A stretch of DNA of 47,799 bases, taken from NCBI GenBank assembly GCA_032718475.1, contig JAUCBJ010007106.1, positions 1 to 47,799 of the forward strand, written 5' to 3'. Every line of letters starts with the position of its first letter. Within the stretch, counting starts at the first letter, position 1. Below, piece by piece: positions 1-12,157 of the stretch. Both the position numbers and the translations under genes were made by a program. The stretch is from Nemertoderma westbladi (lineage: Eukaryota; Animalia; Xenacoelomorpha). A model generated the notes under the pieces. The model searched no databases. It was not told where the DNA came from and was given only the letters and a program-made list of their open reading frames with translations.

Positions 1-136
1 GGCTCGACGCTTCGTCCGCCCTCTTACGACGTCAACCTGTCTCTCTCTGCTCGGTCGCACGCCGCTGGGGATACTCGCAATCCCCCTATTACTTTCCGTC
101 GCCGGTTGTTGCGGTTTACCTATTTCGGCCCTCGCA

Positions 137-2497
137 TTATCCGCTGACGGCTGTGGGACACTCTCTGCCCCCCCCCCTTTCGCCGCTAACTCGCTGTTGT
201 GGGGTTCTCGTAGCCCCCCCCCCCCATTCGCCACATCTAACTTCGCTACTCCTCACCCCGCTACTATATCCCTCTCCAGTCGACACATCAAGCCTACCGC
301 GGTCGGGTCTATTCACCCCCGCCCCTCCCTCTGCTATTGCGTGGCCTACCAGGCCCTCTACTCCCTGCCTACCAACTATGTGGCCTACCAGGCCCTCGCT
401 GGGTCTACCTAACCCAGCCACTCCCTGCCTACCAACTGCGTGGCCTACCAGGCCCTCGCTGGGTCTACCTAACCCAGCCACTCCTTGCCTACCAACTACG
501 TGGCCTACCAGGCCCTCGTCTGTCTGACCATACACGCCCGACGTATTTACATTAATAGCACCCGTATTGGAAACGGAATTAATTTGTCCGTTCGAGATAA
601 AATCACTTGGATTATATTGCGCGACTACACTATCTGAATTATTTTGTAAATTCGGGCTTGGATCATTATTTAAATTATTTGGATTATTCTGCGTAATCGC
701 GTTATTTAAATTATTTTGTAAGTTCGAATTTGGGTTATTACTTTGATTAATTGGATTATTTTGCGTAGCTACATTAATATTAGAATTATTTTCTACATTA
801 ATACTAGGGACGTTCTGATTTAAATTTAAATTACTACCACTAGGTAAAGTATTTCCTGCAATAAAGGTTTGATTAGAGTTGTCCCATACGGTACTATTAA
901 TATTAACCACGTCTACTGTACCATTATCATTATTACCCCCCCCCCCCCCCCCCCCGCCCGTACGGTCGCACCAGTTTTGAGTCTGTCGTGCGGTCCCTGT
1001 CAGTGGGGTATCAATAAATGTATCTACGGCCCCCGGCTCCCCAAAAATACTCGAGCCGGCCCCGCTTTCAGACGGCGACGCTTGCACCAGTTGCAACTCG
1101 TGCGCCCGTCTAATCTTATCTTCCGCAAGCACATTCTGGCGTCTCTTTAATTCCTTTTGCTCTCGTTCAGCCTCTGCCATTCTCCTCTCACACTCCTGGG
1201 TGTCCCGGGCGGCCGACTCCGCCACACTCCTAATGCTCTCCCTTCGTCTCACCTCGCGCTCCTTGCGTTCCTTTTCCCTTCTCGCCTCATATTCCTTGCG
1301 TTCCGCCTCACGCTCTTTGCGTTCCGCCTCACGCTCTTTGCGTTCCGCCTCACGCTCTTTGCGTTCCCTATCCTCCCTCGCCTCACGCTCCCTACACTCC
1401 TTTTCTTCTATTTCCTCACACTCCCTAAGGCTTCTCAAAGCCCTTTCGGCCCTCTCTCCGGTTTCTCTAATCAATGCCGCTTCCCTCGCTAACCGCACTC
1501 TCCCCTCCTCTAACCGTTCCTCCATTTCCCTCTGACCTTGTTCTACCATGCTGAGACGGTATGCGGCACCTATCTCTCTCACCACTCTTTCTTTCGCGGA
1601 GGATGTAGCAGACTTATCGGTTACAGCGGACCCCCTCCGCCTTCCCGACCTACTAACTTTCCCCCGCTTCCCGGAACTTTCTCCGACCGACGAGGCCGAA
1701 TCCTCGGGGTTAACCTCGGATCCGCCCCCCTCGGGTCCCCTCCAACCCACTAATTTTACTCCCCGGGCATCGACCAAGTATGGCCCTATGTACACTGGCG
1801 CTACGCTAGGTTCCATACTCCCACACTCCCATAGTTCAAACAGTTCGCCGGCAACCCCTTTTGCTCTCTCCTCGGCTAGTTCTCTCTGCCCAAAACGTAT
1901 TAGGTAATTAAAGTGTCTATCCGACTCACCTAGTCGCTTTCTCAGTCTCACCTCGTCTACCTTCGCCCCTTCCTTCTTGGCGTCCTTCATCAGCTTCCGG
2001 GTCGCGTTGTAGGCCCGTCGAAGTCGCTCTGAAACCCCGACGTCCTCGTCGCCGACCTCTCCTCCGTCCCTCCGGGTTCGACGTCGTACCGGCGGCTCCA
2101 CCGTTGCCGTTCCGGTGGGCCGTCCGTCGCCCTCGGCCTGTAGCTGGCCGGCGACATCGGTACCGATGCCTCCTCCGTCTCTTCGCGTCCGGCGTCGCAC
2201 CGTCGGCCCCACCGTCGCCGTTTCGGTGGGCCGCTCGTCGCCCTCGGCCTGTAGCTGGCCGGCGACATCGGTGCGCCGATCTCCGTCCCGTGTCGACTCA
2301 TCTCCGTCTTCCTCCGTCTCGCTCTCCCTTCCTCTCGGCTCGACCTCTTGTTCCAGGCTCCCCTCGTCTTGAACTTCCGGTTCGCCCGTTATCGATGGCT
2401 CCGGTGTCGTGGGTCTGTATCGCCTGGTTGCGGCCTCACGGATCGTTTGGTCTTCGTCCGGGGTCCGCGTCGGTGTCGTGTCACCTGACTGACTCAT
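137..2497 (-). CDS. Gag/ORF1-like low-complexity protein of a retrotransposon (family unresolved)
   Basis: 786-aa intronless, GC-rich ORF with an E/R/K coiled coil (REAERKE repeats), an Asn-rich segment and internal tandem repeats (111-bp x2, 21-bp x4, 60-bp x3). It probably continues past 137 through a frameshift at the C-run near 168-177. No diagnostic domain is visible. Confidence 0.45.
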   Translation of the reverse strand: MSQSGDTTPTRTPDEDQTIREAATRRYRPTTPEPSITGEPEVQDEGSLEQEVEPRGRESETEEDGDESTRDGDRRTDVAGQLQAEGDERPTETATVGPTVRRRTRRDGGGIGTDVAGQLQAEGDGRPTGTATVEPPVRRRTRRDGGEVGDEDVGVSERLRRAYNATRKLMKDAKKEGAKVDEVRLRKRLGESDRHFNYLIRFGQRELAEERAKGVAGELFELWECGSMEPSVAPVYIGPYLVDARGVKLVGWRGPEGGGSEVNPEDSASSVGESSGKRGKVSRSGRRRGSAVTDKSATSSAKERVVREIGAAYRLSMVEQGQREMEERLEEGRVRLAREAALIRETGERAERALRSLRECEEIEEKECREREAREDRERKEREAERKEREAERKEREAERKEYEARREKERKEREVRRRESIRSVAESAARDTQECERRMAEAEREQKELKRRQNVLAEDKIRRAHELQLVQASPSESGAGSSIFGEPGAVDTFIDTPLTGTARQTQNWCDRTGGGGGGGGNNDNGTVDVVNINSTVWDNSNQTFIAGNTLPSGSNLNLNQNVPSINVENNSNINVATQNNPINQSNNPNSNLQNNLNNAITQNNPNNLNNDPSPNLQNNSDSVVAQYNPSDFISNGQINSVSNTGAINVNTSGVYGQTDEGLVGHVVGRQGVAGLGRPSEGLVGHAVGRQGVAGLGRPSEGLVGHIVGRQGVEGLVGHAIAEGGAGVNRPDRGRLDVSTGEGYSSGVRSSEVRCGEWGGGATRTPQQRVSGERGGGRECPTAVSG
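341..518. repeat. 60-bp coding tandem repeat (GLVGHxVGRQGVAGLGRPSE)
   Basis: gtggcctaccaggccctc recurs at 341, 380, 440 and 500. Confidence 0.9.
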
Positions 2498-2667
2498 CCT
2501 CTTCTGCAGGTTTCGGTGGCTAGTGGTTATCGAGTTTTATCTGGGGCGGCAGCTGGTTTTAGTTACTTTTACAGTTTAGCTAGGGCGGCAGCTCGATTTT
2601 AGTTACTGTGACGGGATCCAGGAGGGATCCCGATTTATCCGGTATTTTAGTTTACGCGTCCCCGCCG

Positions 2668-3135
2668 TGTATAAAGAGTAAACGAAACGGTGAATGAGTT
2701 CTGATGTTCGGTGTATAATAATCGATGGGTATAGATATAGATATAGATATGTGGAAGGCGGGATACGGTAACTAAAAGTCCCGTGCTCCCCTATCTAAAC
2801 TAACTAACCTAAGCTAGCACTACTGCACTTGAGATAACTGAATTACTGATTAATAGGTTACTGATTATATTACACGGTTGGCCTAATTACTACCTAATCG
2901 ATGCCTTGCCCCCCTCTGATTGGTTGATACCCTTGTTGGCGCCCCGTGGAGTGTTCCCGTTCACTCCACCTGTTCTCTCTGGGTTAGGGGTTTGGCCCCT
3001 GACCCTCTATTGTGTGCTTCCTTCCCACTCTTATTGGGATGGCACGAGTTGGTTAACTATCCAATCTCGTGGCTCCCAATATTGCTTATCGGCTTACAAC
3101 TTTGTGGGGTGTTAGCGGGATTGGATAAGCTAACA
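2668..3135 (-). repeat. Possible 5' LTR/leader of the Gag-like element
   Basis: On the minus strand the segment starts TGTTAGC (3135) and could end ...TATACA (2668). No partner LTR is in the window and the PBS is non-canonical (CGGCGGGG). Confidence 0.25.
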
Positions 3136-3181
3136 CATTTGCGACCAATTTATGCTGGACATAACTTATTTTCAATTACGT

Positions 3182-3601
3182 TCAACATCCGCCTCTATCT
3201 GAAATCACTATTGTAGTGACCTTTGTGGTAACCATAGCAACATTATTCAATTCTATAATACATTATAAAACTAATAATAAAACAAATCTCGAAATCTGTG
3301 CATGTATAACCTATAATGGCCATCTAATGGGAGTGTTGGGTGCTTTCGTTTTAAACAGTATCCTATTAACGTCGTCATGCATTTCCCCACCAACCTTACA
3401 TACATGATCGTCAATCATTTTTTCAATGTACTTTCCCACGGCTCTCATTGCTCTGGTCGCGTCCGATTGTGCCTCTAAGTCATGTCGTCGGTAACGATCA
3501 GGCAACCTATCACTCAACCCAGACGAATGCGTCCGGAGTGCGTGGACTACATAATCAGTGACGATATCCCGTGTCGTTAGTATCGGACTTACCTCAGCCA
3601 T
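3182..3601 (-). pseudogene. Intronless Bcl-2-family-like pseudogene
   Basis: BH4-like TRDIVTDYVVHAL, BH3-like AMRAVGKYIE and divergent BH1-like ILF...IRWPL. Reading through two in-frame stops (3311, 3263) gives a hydrophobic helix VIHAQISRFVLLLVL and BH2-like VISDRGGC. Confidence 0.6.
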
Positions 3602-3783
3602 TTTATATATTCTTTACGATTTCAATTTATTAAAACATTGTTCTTCATTGTTCCCAATTTATAATTTGAGGTTGCTTTATTTTTTTAATTAAATCACTTT
3701 GCAGCTCATGTGTGATCCAATGTGGCTGGCCTCAGTTTGGTTCACAGCGGTATTTGATTATTTATTAATAATACTCTTGCGAC

Positions 3784-5072
3784 TAGTGTTGAGAACTGAA
3801 TCAATTTTGACTAATTTCAGTTACAGTTACAGTTTCAGTATTCAAAGTTTTGCATTTCAGTTACAGTTACAGTTTCAGTATTCAAAGTTTTGCATTTCAG
3901 TTACAGTTACAGTTTCAGTATTACAAAATTGAGCATTTCAGTTTCAGTTATAGATTCAATATATATGATCTCATGTAGTAAGCAGTCATCTGAAACTAAA
4001 AATGAGGCACTTTAATATATTACTGATATATATGCTAATAATAATGTTCATTACGAAACGTCCTCTTTCTAGAGCTAATAGGTAGTTGTTGTAGGAAATT
4101 GGACCCACTCTATGGTAAGATTTTGTAACTAATATACTGATAGTAAGTAATGAAAGTGGCACGTCACAAGATCACACTAAGCACCCACATTTTATTGTAC
4201 ATCTTGTTTCAGTGCTTGTACAGTACTGTTATCATTTATTGTTTTGGTTATAAAGCCATGCTTCTGAATCCTGCTCATTTTCCTTAATTCGTAATTTGTT
4301 TTAGTAATCATATATTTATTGTTTTGGTTAGACCCACCTCGATAAGCTGCTCCTTTCACTTTTAAGTTTAATTTTGTAATTTATAATGGTAAACTTGATC
4401 AAAATTTAATTTCCATTGTGCCTCTAGTGTGATTGTGATATTAATAGTACCGGTAACATTAATAATTAATAATGTAAAATATATATCCGTTAATATCCCT
4501 CTACCATTAGGCCTAACTTTTCTTTGTTTATCTAAAACATTTACATTTAATATGAAGCAAAAGTGGTGATAAGGCTGATAATAGTCTAATAGCTGAGACA
4601 GATAAACATAGACTATATGCTACTGTAGATCTTCGTTCACTACTTGACTCGCCAAATAAATCACATTTGAGCTAAGTGGGCAATGGGTTTTGATTTTATA
4701 TTGTGTAATATTATGGTTTTGTTCAGAAGTGGAAAAAATTAGACTGTTTTTTTATAACAATGTTTTAAAAATGATACCTATGGTAACCACTGTTATTCAT
4801 TTATTAAACTATACTTTTTACTTTATTACAATACTGTTTTAAATGCTCATTCATGTTAATTGTGTGATTGAGAACTGAATCTGATTTTGTTAATTTCAGT
4901 TTCAGTTACAGTTACAGTATTCAAAATTCGTAATTACAGTTTCAGTTACAGTTACAGTATTCAAAATTCGCAATTACAGTTACAGTTATAGTTACAGTAT
5001 CAAAAAAATCATCAAAACCATTCAGTTACAGTTGCAGTTACAGTATAATTACAGTTACAGTTCTCAACACTA
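3784..5072. mobile_element. Non-autonomous hAT-type DNA transposon (MITE)
   Basis: 15-bp TIRs TAGTGTTGAGAACTG / CAGTTCTCAACACTA, a perfect 8-bp TSD CTTGCGAC (3776-3783, 5073-5080) and subterminal CAGTTA arrays. Confidence 0.9.
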
Positions 5073-5332
5073 CTTGCGACTACTTAATATGAGTTTATGT
5101 ACTGATATTTACTAGTTAGTTTTTGATAATTAATAAAGTGTGGCAGGATTGAGTTGGCTCGGCTCCCGACTGTGGACTGTTAGGCTGTTTGTTAACTACT
5201 CGCTAGCTTAGCTTCTATCACTGTTGGGTCCCGGTTATACATATGTATGAGAATCAGTTTTGTTTTCCTGTTCTTTAATAGCTATACTGTAGGATAGCAC
5301 AATATGCAACTGAACACTGACCGGTAACATAT

Positions 5333-5705
5333 ACTACTACTAGTATCGTCATGCTGCATTGCAGCTGCATTTTTAAGAATGCTGTGCCGGCTTGTCGACA
5401 AAATTGCGCCGCCACAACTCCCTATCTCCCATGACATTTGCTAGATCATCCGCATCTTCAAGACCAGTGTCCTTTAAGATGCGTCTCAAGAAAGTCATGG
5501 GCTGTCCACCATGCTTATTCACTCCATGAGACTGCCAAAGTCTTACAAGATTATGCACTGGCTGGTCCTCACGGCGAAAGCAATGTTCTGCAAAGCGGAG
5601 GCGATTTTGTTCTAGTGTTAAGCTTGGGGGAACCAATGAGACACCTCCAATGTTATATAGTGTCTGGTTGGAGATGTGTGCATTGTACTTGACACAATGA
5701 ACCGG
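5333..5705 (-). mobile_element. RTE-clade LINE family A, 5'-truncated 3' fragment
   Basis: RTE C-terminus (RLRFAEHCFRR...DKPAQHS), short 3' UTR and (TAG)n tail; near-identical to 7231-7600. Confidence 0.85.
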
Positions 5706-7230
5706 ATGACTGGGAGAAACTCAGAACTGACAATGCTGTAAAGGATGCTTATACAGTAGAAGTTCAAAACCGCTATGAAGCACTTCAGTCAATGGATGAA
5801 GACCAATCCACCGATTCAATATACCAGAATATAATAACAGCCCACAAGGAATCAGCTAAGAGGCATATCCCCCAGAAACCTAAACGAAAACAGTATGTGC
5901 CATGGCAAAACTCTGAGGTTACTTGTAAGAGAGAAGATCTTAAGATAGCCTACAAAGTTAAAACCGAACAACCAACAACCGAAAACATTAACAAGGTTGA
6001 GAAAGCTAAGGACGATCTTAAATTGGCCTACAACATCAGCCAGGAAAAGTACATACAGGATAAAACTGAAGCAATTACAACTGCTCACATACAGCAACAA
6101 TCAAGACTTACCTGACAAACTGTAAATGAGGTATCTGGTCGGAAAAGTTGTGCAAAGGGGCGCCTCAAAGCCGATAGTCCTGAAGAACGTGTTGGGAAGT
6201 GGAAAAATCACTTCAGCAACTTGCTTGGGCAGCCACCAAACATCGAGGTCAGCCCTACAAGGAAAATATATGACAAGACACTACCTATAGAAACAGGGGA
6301 CTTCACACCTGCCGAACTCCAAAGAAGCATTAAAAGCATGTCCAATAATAAAGCGAGTGGATTAGATGAAATCCCAGCGGAGGTATGGAAAACCGGAGTG
6401 CTAAATAGACCATTATTGAATGTTTGCAACCGGATGTTAAAAGGGGAAAAGCCACCACCAATTTGGACTAAAGGTCAACTAAAGCCTCTCCCCAAGAAAG
6501 GAGACCTCGGCATACCAACAAACTATCGTGGGATCTGTCTGCTTGTGGTAGCTGCCAAAATATACAATAAAATGATTCTATATAGGATTAGGCCTCACAT
6601 AGAGAAACTACTGCGTAAGAGCCAAAACGGATTTCGACCAAGTAGATCAACAATAGCTCAGATACTTGCACTACGGAGACTGATTGAAGGATTCAAGTCA
6701 AAGAATCTCCCCGCAGTCATGACTTTTGTGGACTTCAAGAAGGCATTCGACTCCATCCATAGAGGTAAAATGCTTGAAATCCTAAGAGCTTATGGAATAC
6801 CAGAAGTAATTGTTGCTGGCATTGGATTGCTATATTGTGACACAGAAGCGCAGGTACTCTCACCAGATGGTGAAACTGAGTTTTTCTCAATCCTGGCTGG
6901 CGTACTGCAAGGTGACACATTAGCACCATTACTATTTGTAATTGTGCTGGATTACGCAATGAGGACGGCCACAAAGGGTGAAGATCTGGGATTCACACTT
7001 CAAGAACGCAGAAGTAGTAGATATCCGGCAACTACAGTCACAGACACCGACTTTGCGGATGACATCGCCCTGCTCTCTAATACGCTAGCAGATGCACAGC
7101 TTCTACTAAATAAAGTGGAGAGGGCTGCTAAGGAGGTTGGATTGCATATAAATGCTACCAAGACCGAATTCATGACCTTTAATGTTGATGGAAACTTGAC
7201 AACCATTGATAATAATCAACTAAGGCAGGT
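5706..7230 (+). mobile_element. RTE-clade LINE family B internal fragment (RT domain)
   Basis: RT motifs NYRGICLL, QNGFRP, FVDFKKAFDS, GVLQGD and FADD; near-identical to the full-length copy at 14529-18074; in-frame stop at 6113-6115. Confidence 0.9.
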
Positions 7231-8320
7231 CTACTACTAGGATCGGCATGCTGCATTGCAGCTGCATTTTTAAGAATGCTGTGCCGGCTTGTCAACAAAA
7301 TTGCACCGCCACAACTCCCTATCACCCATGACATTTGCTAGATCATCCGCATCTTTAAGGCCAGTGTCCTTTAAGATGCGTCTCAAGAAAGTCATGGGCT
7401 GTCCACCATGCTTATACACTCCATGAGGTTGCCAAAGTACAAGATTATGCACTGGCTGGTCCTCACGGCGAAAGCAATGTCCTGCAAAGCGGAGGCGATT
7501 TTGTTCTAGTGTCAAGCTTGGGGGAACCAATGAGACACCTCCAATGTTATAGAGTGTCTGGTTGGAGATGTGTGCATTGTACTTGACACAATGTACCCGG
7601 CGTAGCATTCTTGTGAATGTGCCATCCAGAGATTTGGTGTCCTCAGCAGTTAGAGCCCAGCATGGACTCCCATAGAGGAGTACTGGAACTACTGCTGCTC
7701 TAAATAATCGGACCTTAAGTTTCCGATTAATTCTCGGTGACTTCCAAATCCTGGAAAGCCTATTCAAGGCTGCCTATGCCTTTCCCTTACGTATTCGAAG
7801 GTCCTCACCTGACTTCCGGATCCATGATCCCAGGTAACAGAAGTCGTCCACATGCTCAAGCATACCATCCTTTGAGCTTATGCTCATCCGATCAGAGACT
7901 TGCTGAGAACTTTCAAAGTTAACTGTCAAAATTTTGGTCTTTCTGGAGTTAATAAAAAGACCAACACTAGAAGCAGCATGTTCTAATGAGCTGAGGAGCC
8001 GTTGGGCTCCCTCTAGTGATTCTGAGAGTACTCCTAAGTTATCTGCAAAGTCTAGATCAGTTAGGTACTTGGCAGGATTTCCTCGACTTCTGGAGCCAGT
8101 AGATGGAGTTATCATCATCCCATCATCATTATGATGATCTAAGGACATGCGTAGAACATAGTCAACAACAATTATGAACAAGAATGGTGCAAGTGTGTCT
8201 CCATGGAGGACGCCCCATAACACTTCAAATGGTTCTGTGTCACCGTCAACAGTAGACACAAATGTTGTTGAACCATCGTATACTGATGATTGCTGCAATA
8301 ATTTCATCACGATCTCCTCA
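7231..8320 (-). mobile_element. RTE-clade LINE family A, 5'-truncated (RT C-half)
   Basis: GVLHGDTLAPFLF, LDFADN, YLGS and RLRFAGHC; in-frame stop at 7774; (TAG)n tail at 7231-7240. Confidence 0.9.
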
Positions 8321-8334
8321 AATTCTGTCCATTT

Positions 8335-9750
8335 GCTAGAGACATCGGTGTTTTAATTGACGAGCATCTTACTCTCGAGAAACAAATCAGTAAAGTTGTG
8401 CAGACTTCTTTTTATCACTTGAGAAATATTTCTAAGGTTAAACGGTTTTTCCCAGACGTGATCTTGAAATTTTAGTTCATGCGTTTATTTCCAACAAGTT
8501 AGATTACAACAATGCACTATATTATGGTCTACCACAACGGAGTATTAGGAAACTACAGTACGTACAAAACACTGCTGCTCGATTACTCTGCAATGTTCAT
8601 AAAAGAGATCATATCACCCCTGTGTTGAAAAAACTACACTGGTTGCCAGTTCCTTACAGAATCAAATTTAAGATTGTGGTACTGGTATTTAAATGTCTTA
8701 ATGGAATGGCGCCTACATATCTTATTGAATTAATATCTTTGTACTGTACTGTCCAACCCGTAAATTACGTTCTAGTAATACAATGTTATTGTCTACACAA
8801 CGTTACAATCTTGAAAATTTCGGTAGACGTGCATTCTCTGTAGCCGCCCCTTTGGTATGGAATTCATTACCGAATGACATCAGAAACACTTCCAGTTTAT
8901 TGTCCTTCAAACGTTTGTTAAAAACTCATTATTTTATTGAAGCTTTTAGTTAATATTTTATTGCCTCTGATTTTATTTATTTCATTTCATTTCGTTTTAT
9001 TTATATATTTATTGGTTTTGTAATTTGGTAAATTATTTATAAAATTAATCTTTAAGAAAAAATTAAAAGAGCCGTTTAATTGTTTTATTTAAAAAAGTTT
9101 CTTCGGCCGCTAGGCCAGGGATTACGCACAAAGTCTGACGACTTATTTCCAGTGCGGTCCCCCCAGAACTTTACTCCCCAGAGGAAACTCCAGTACTCAC
9201 TTAGCTACCACTTAAGGATACAAGGCAGAGATGCGCCCTGGCTGGTCCCTTTAAAGCATTCGTGCCGAAACGAAACTGCCCTGACCCATGTGAGGATCGA
9301 ACCCACGACCTGCAGGAGATGCAACCACTACACCAAGGTGGAACCTTGGTGTATTTATGTATCATATATATATATAACATTTTTATTTACTTAATATTGA
9401 TATTGTTTTTCTCGTATTATTGATTTTTAACCATAGAATGATTGTTGTTTTACTTATATGTACTGGATTTTATGTTCTCATGTATGTTTTTAATACCCAT
9501 AGGATGGAATATATACTAAAATCTCAATTTCGTAACAATTTTTATTTTATTATGAACTACATATTTTTACTGCAAATCTAGTGCAATCTATTAAATATTT
9601 TATATTATAGTCAGTTTTTATGCAATTCATGTTACATTAGTATGGTGTATTCTACGTATATTGATGTTCATATTTTCTTTGTACCAAAGCGCCTAGAACA
9701 TCGCGTATAGGCGCATTATAAATATATATTATTATTATTATATTATTATA
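8335..9750 (+). mobile_element. L2-clade LINE 3' fragment with 3' UTR
   Basis: ARDIGVLIDEHL..SFYHLRNI, LHWLPVPYRIKFK and WNSLP..FKRLLKT motifs; terminal hairpin GCGCCTA...TAGGCGC followed by a (TAT)n tail at about 9689-9750. Confidence 0.8.
9090..9345 (-). mobile_element. tRNA-derived SINE inserted in the L2 3' UTR
   Basis: Minus strand has A box TGGTGTAGTGG and B box GGTTCGATCC; the 3' boundary is approximate. Confidence 0.7.
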
Positions 9751-11625
9751 TACTAGCTAGTAGAAAAAGTTATTTTCGGAAAAAAAAATCCATATAAAAA
9801 GTTTATTAATGTAATTTCCATAGCATCAAGATGTTCTAGAATATATGTTTTAGGGAGTTTTAGTGTGTTTTTATGAACAACCAAATAAGAAAAACACTAG
9901 CTAGTATAATATTATTGTAATGTATGAAAATACTACTGTAGCTACCACATGACTCAGTAATGTAAGTTTAAGTACTATAAAACATATGACCAATAATATC
10001 CAAAGAAAAAAAAACAAATAAAAAAAACGCTAGCTAGTATAAAATTATTATAATATATAAAAATACTATATACCACAAATTCAAGTACTAAAAAAATATT
10101 TTTTTTTCGTTTTTGACTAGCTAGAAAAGTAGTACTACCGTAGCTACCATCAGAATGTCACATGAAGAAAAAAAACGGTTTCTAGAACAAAAAACTCATG
10201 ATAAAAGCTATTTCTGTATTTAGGCATGTAAAATTTTGGTCAAATAGTGGGTACCCAGGCCATAGGCCTACTAATTCCTTGTCATATTCTACAGCTGCGT
10301 ACCGGTACCTACTGTATATTGCTTGACTGCCTCATATTGTTGGTTATAGTAGGCCCTATATAGTAGAGAGAGTGACTACTGGCTGTCTGACCATATGGTT
10401 TCCCTCAATTGGTAAAGTGATCGTTTATTGTGTTGGTTAGAAAAGCCCGTTTCTGTAACCCTTGGTAAAGTGGCCGTTTATTGTTTTAGTTACAGTAGAA
10501 AAGCATGCCTCTGTAACCTGCTCCTTTCCCTCAATTGGTTTATGACGTGTGGTACTTATTTATGATTTTTTTTTAAATGTTTCATAAAATAAGCATTAGG
10601 CCCTATATATAATAGTGTTTCATATAACGGTCCCCAAAGTAATTATACCCAAAAAAATTATATTAGTATTCTACTTATATTTCTAATTTGTGATAATATT
10701 AATTGATACGGATTGTGATCAGTTTTACTTGTTTGTATTTTACATATGTTTCTACTGTAATTTGTGATAATAAATAGATTAGTTTTTCTAGCAGTCTCGG
10801 TGAACTCTCAATTAAAGAGGCAAGAAAAGCAATTAAAGAGGCAAAAAGGAGTATTAAAAAGAAGCACGAAAAATAACTGCCTTACTATTATTATAGCCGA
10901 CTTTAGCTAATTGTCAACTGAGAATTGATAATTGCGCCAATGGTGGCATTAGAGTTAACTCATTGGTTACTTAATATCACACCATAATGTCCCCTTGGGC
11001 TTTATTGGATTTTGCATGTGCTGCGAGTGAGCCAATTAGCGAATTCACTAGCCTGATGTTTTCTTTCAGGCCAGTATTGGTAAATTGGTTCACTGACACA
11101 CTTTGTAATATTAAGTTAAAAGTAAACACAAGAGTCTTACACCCCTTAAACTACAAAAAAAACTTGTAATGTACTCGAACACTTTGTAATGGGAGCGCAT
11201 AGCGGACTGAGTCCGCTAACAAAAACTAATACTTAGTGTACTGTACAGTATGTATTATGTATTGTATCAGGGTATTGTTTGTATCAGTACGCTATTGTAT
11301 TGTACTGTATGTATATTATAGAGTATCATAGTAATTGTTCGAAAATACTGTATAAAACAAATTCAATTATAATACACTATCACTCTTAATATAAAAACTT
11401 TTTTTTTGTAACCTGCGTTTTTAGTGAAAACCTGGTATTTTTCACATATGGGGGTAAACAGCAGAAATATAACAGCAGAAATCTGTTATATTTCACATTA
11501 ACCCTTTAATTTTTAAAAAATGCTGAGAAATTTGGTATGATGATAACGCGACACCACTGCTGGCTGGCCTGGTCGGAATTTTCAGTTTGCCAATTATTTA
11601 TCTACACCAAGCCGTCAAAAAATTG

Positions 11626-12157
11626 GCACTTGTGTCAAATAGGGGACCCTCCTAATCCTGAAATCCAGCTGATACTATGAACTTGTACTTTATTCTTTAT
11701 ACTATTAGTTTTTTCCCTGTATATTTATTATATATTTTATTTTTACTGATCTTGGGCAGATCAGATAATTTGATATATTGGTACAGTACATAAAGTAAGT
11801 CTCCTTCTACTCACTCACACAATGCGTAAAACAGTACCGGTACATCAGTAGGCCTAGGCCTATTTCAGAACAAATCGCTGTGCACAATAATAATTAAATA
11901 AACAAAATTCCAGAAACAGAAGATACCATGGCAACAAATACAAATAAACTCTACTCATCCGAAACACACTTTCGTGTGGATGTTTAACAAAGATTGTAAT
12001 TGAATAACTCAAGTCACTAGTGCCCGATTAGTAAAGGGGCAGGTTACAGAGGCGAGTTGAAAGGAACCAAAACAATAAACGATTGTTAGGAATATTGTTA
12101 TCACCTGCTAAATTTCAGGATTAGCAGATTAGGAGGGTCCCCTATTTGACACAAGTG
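11626..12157. mobile_element. MITE-like segment bounded by about 30-bp inverted repeats
   Basis: cacttgtgtcaaataggggaccctcctaatc and gattaggagggtcccctatttgacacaagtg are inverted; the segment contains a reversed, diverged 68-bp satellite monomer at about 12030-12085. Confidence 0.55.

Noticed and set aside
153-2523. Multiple short plus-strand ORFs
   Set aside because: Antisense shadows of the GC-rich repetitive 786-aa ORF.
10980-11105. Possible minus-strand host exon (VSVNQFTNTGLKENIRLVNSLIGSL...)
   Set aside because: Short open frame with no recognisable domain, no clear donor site and no partner exons.
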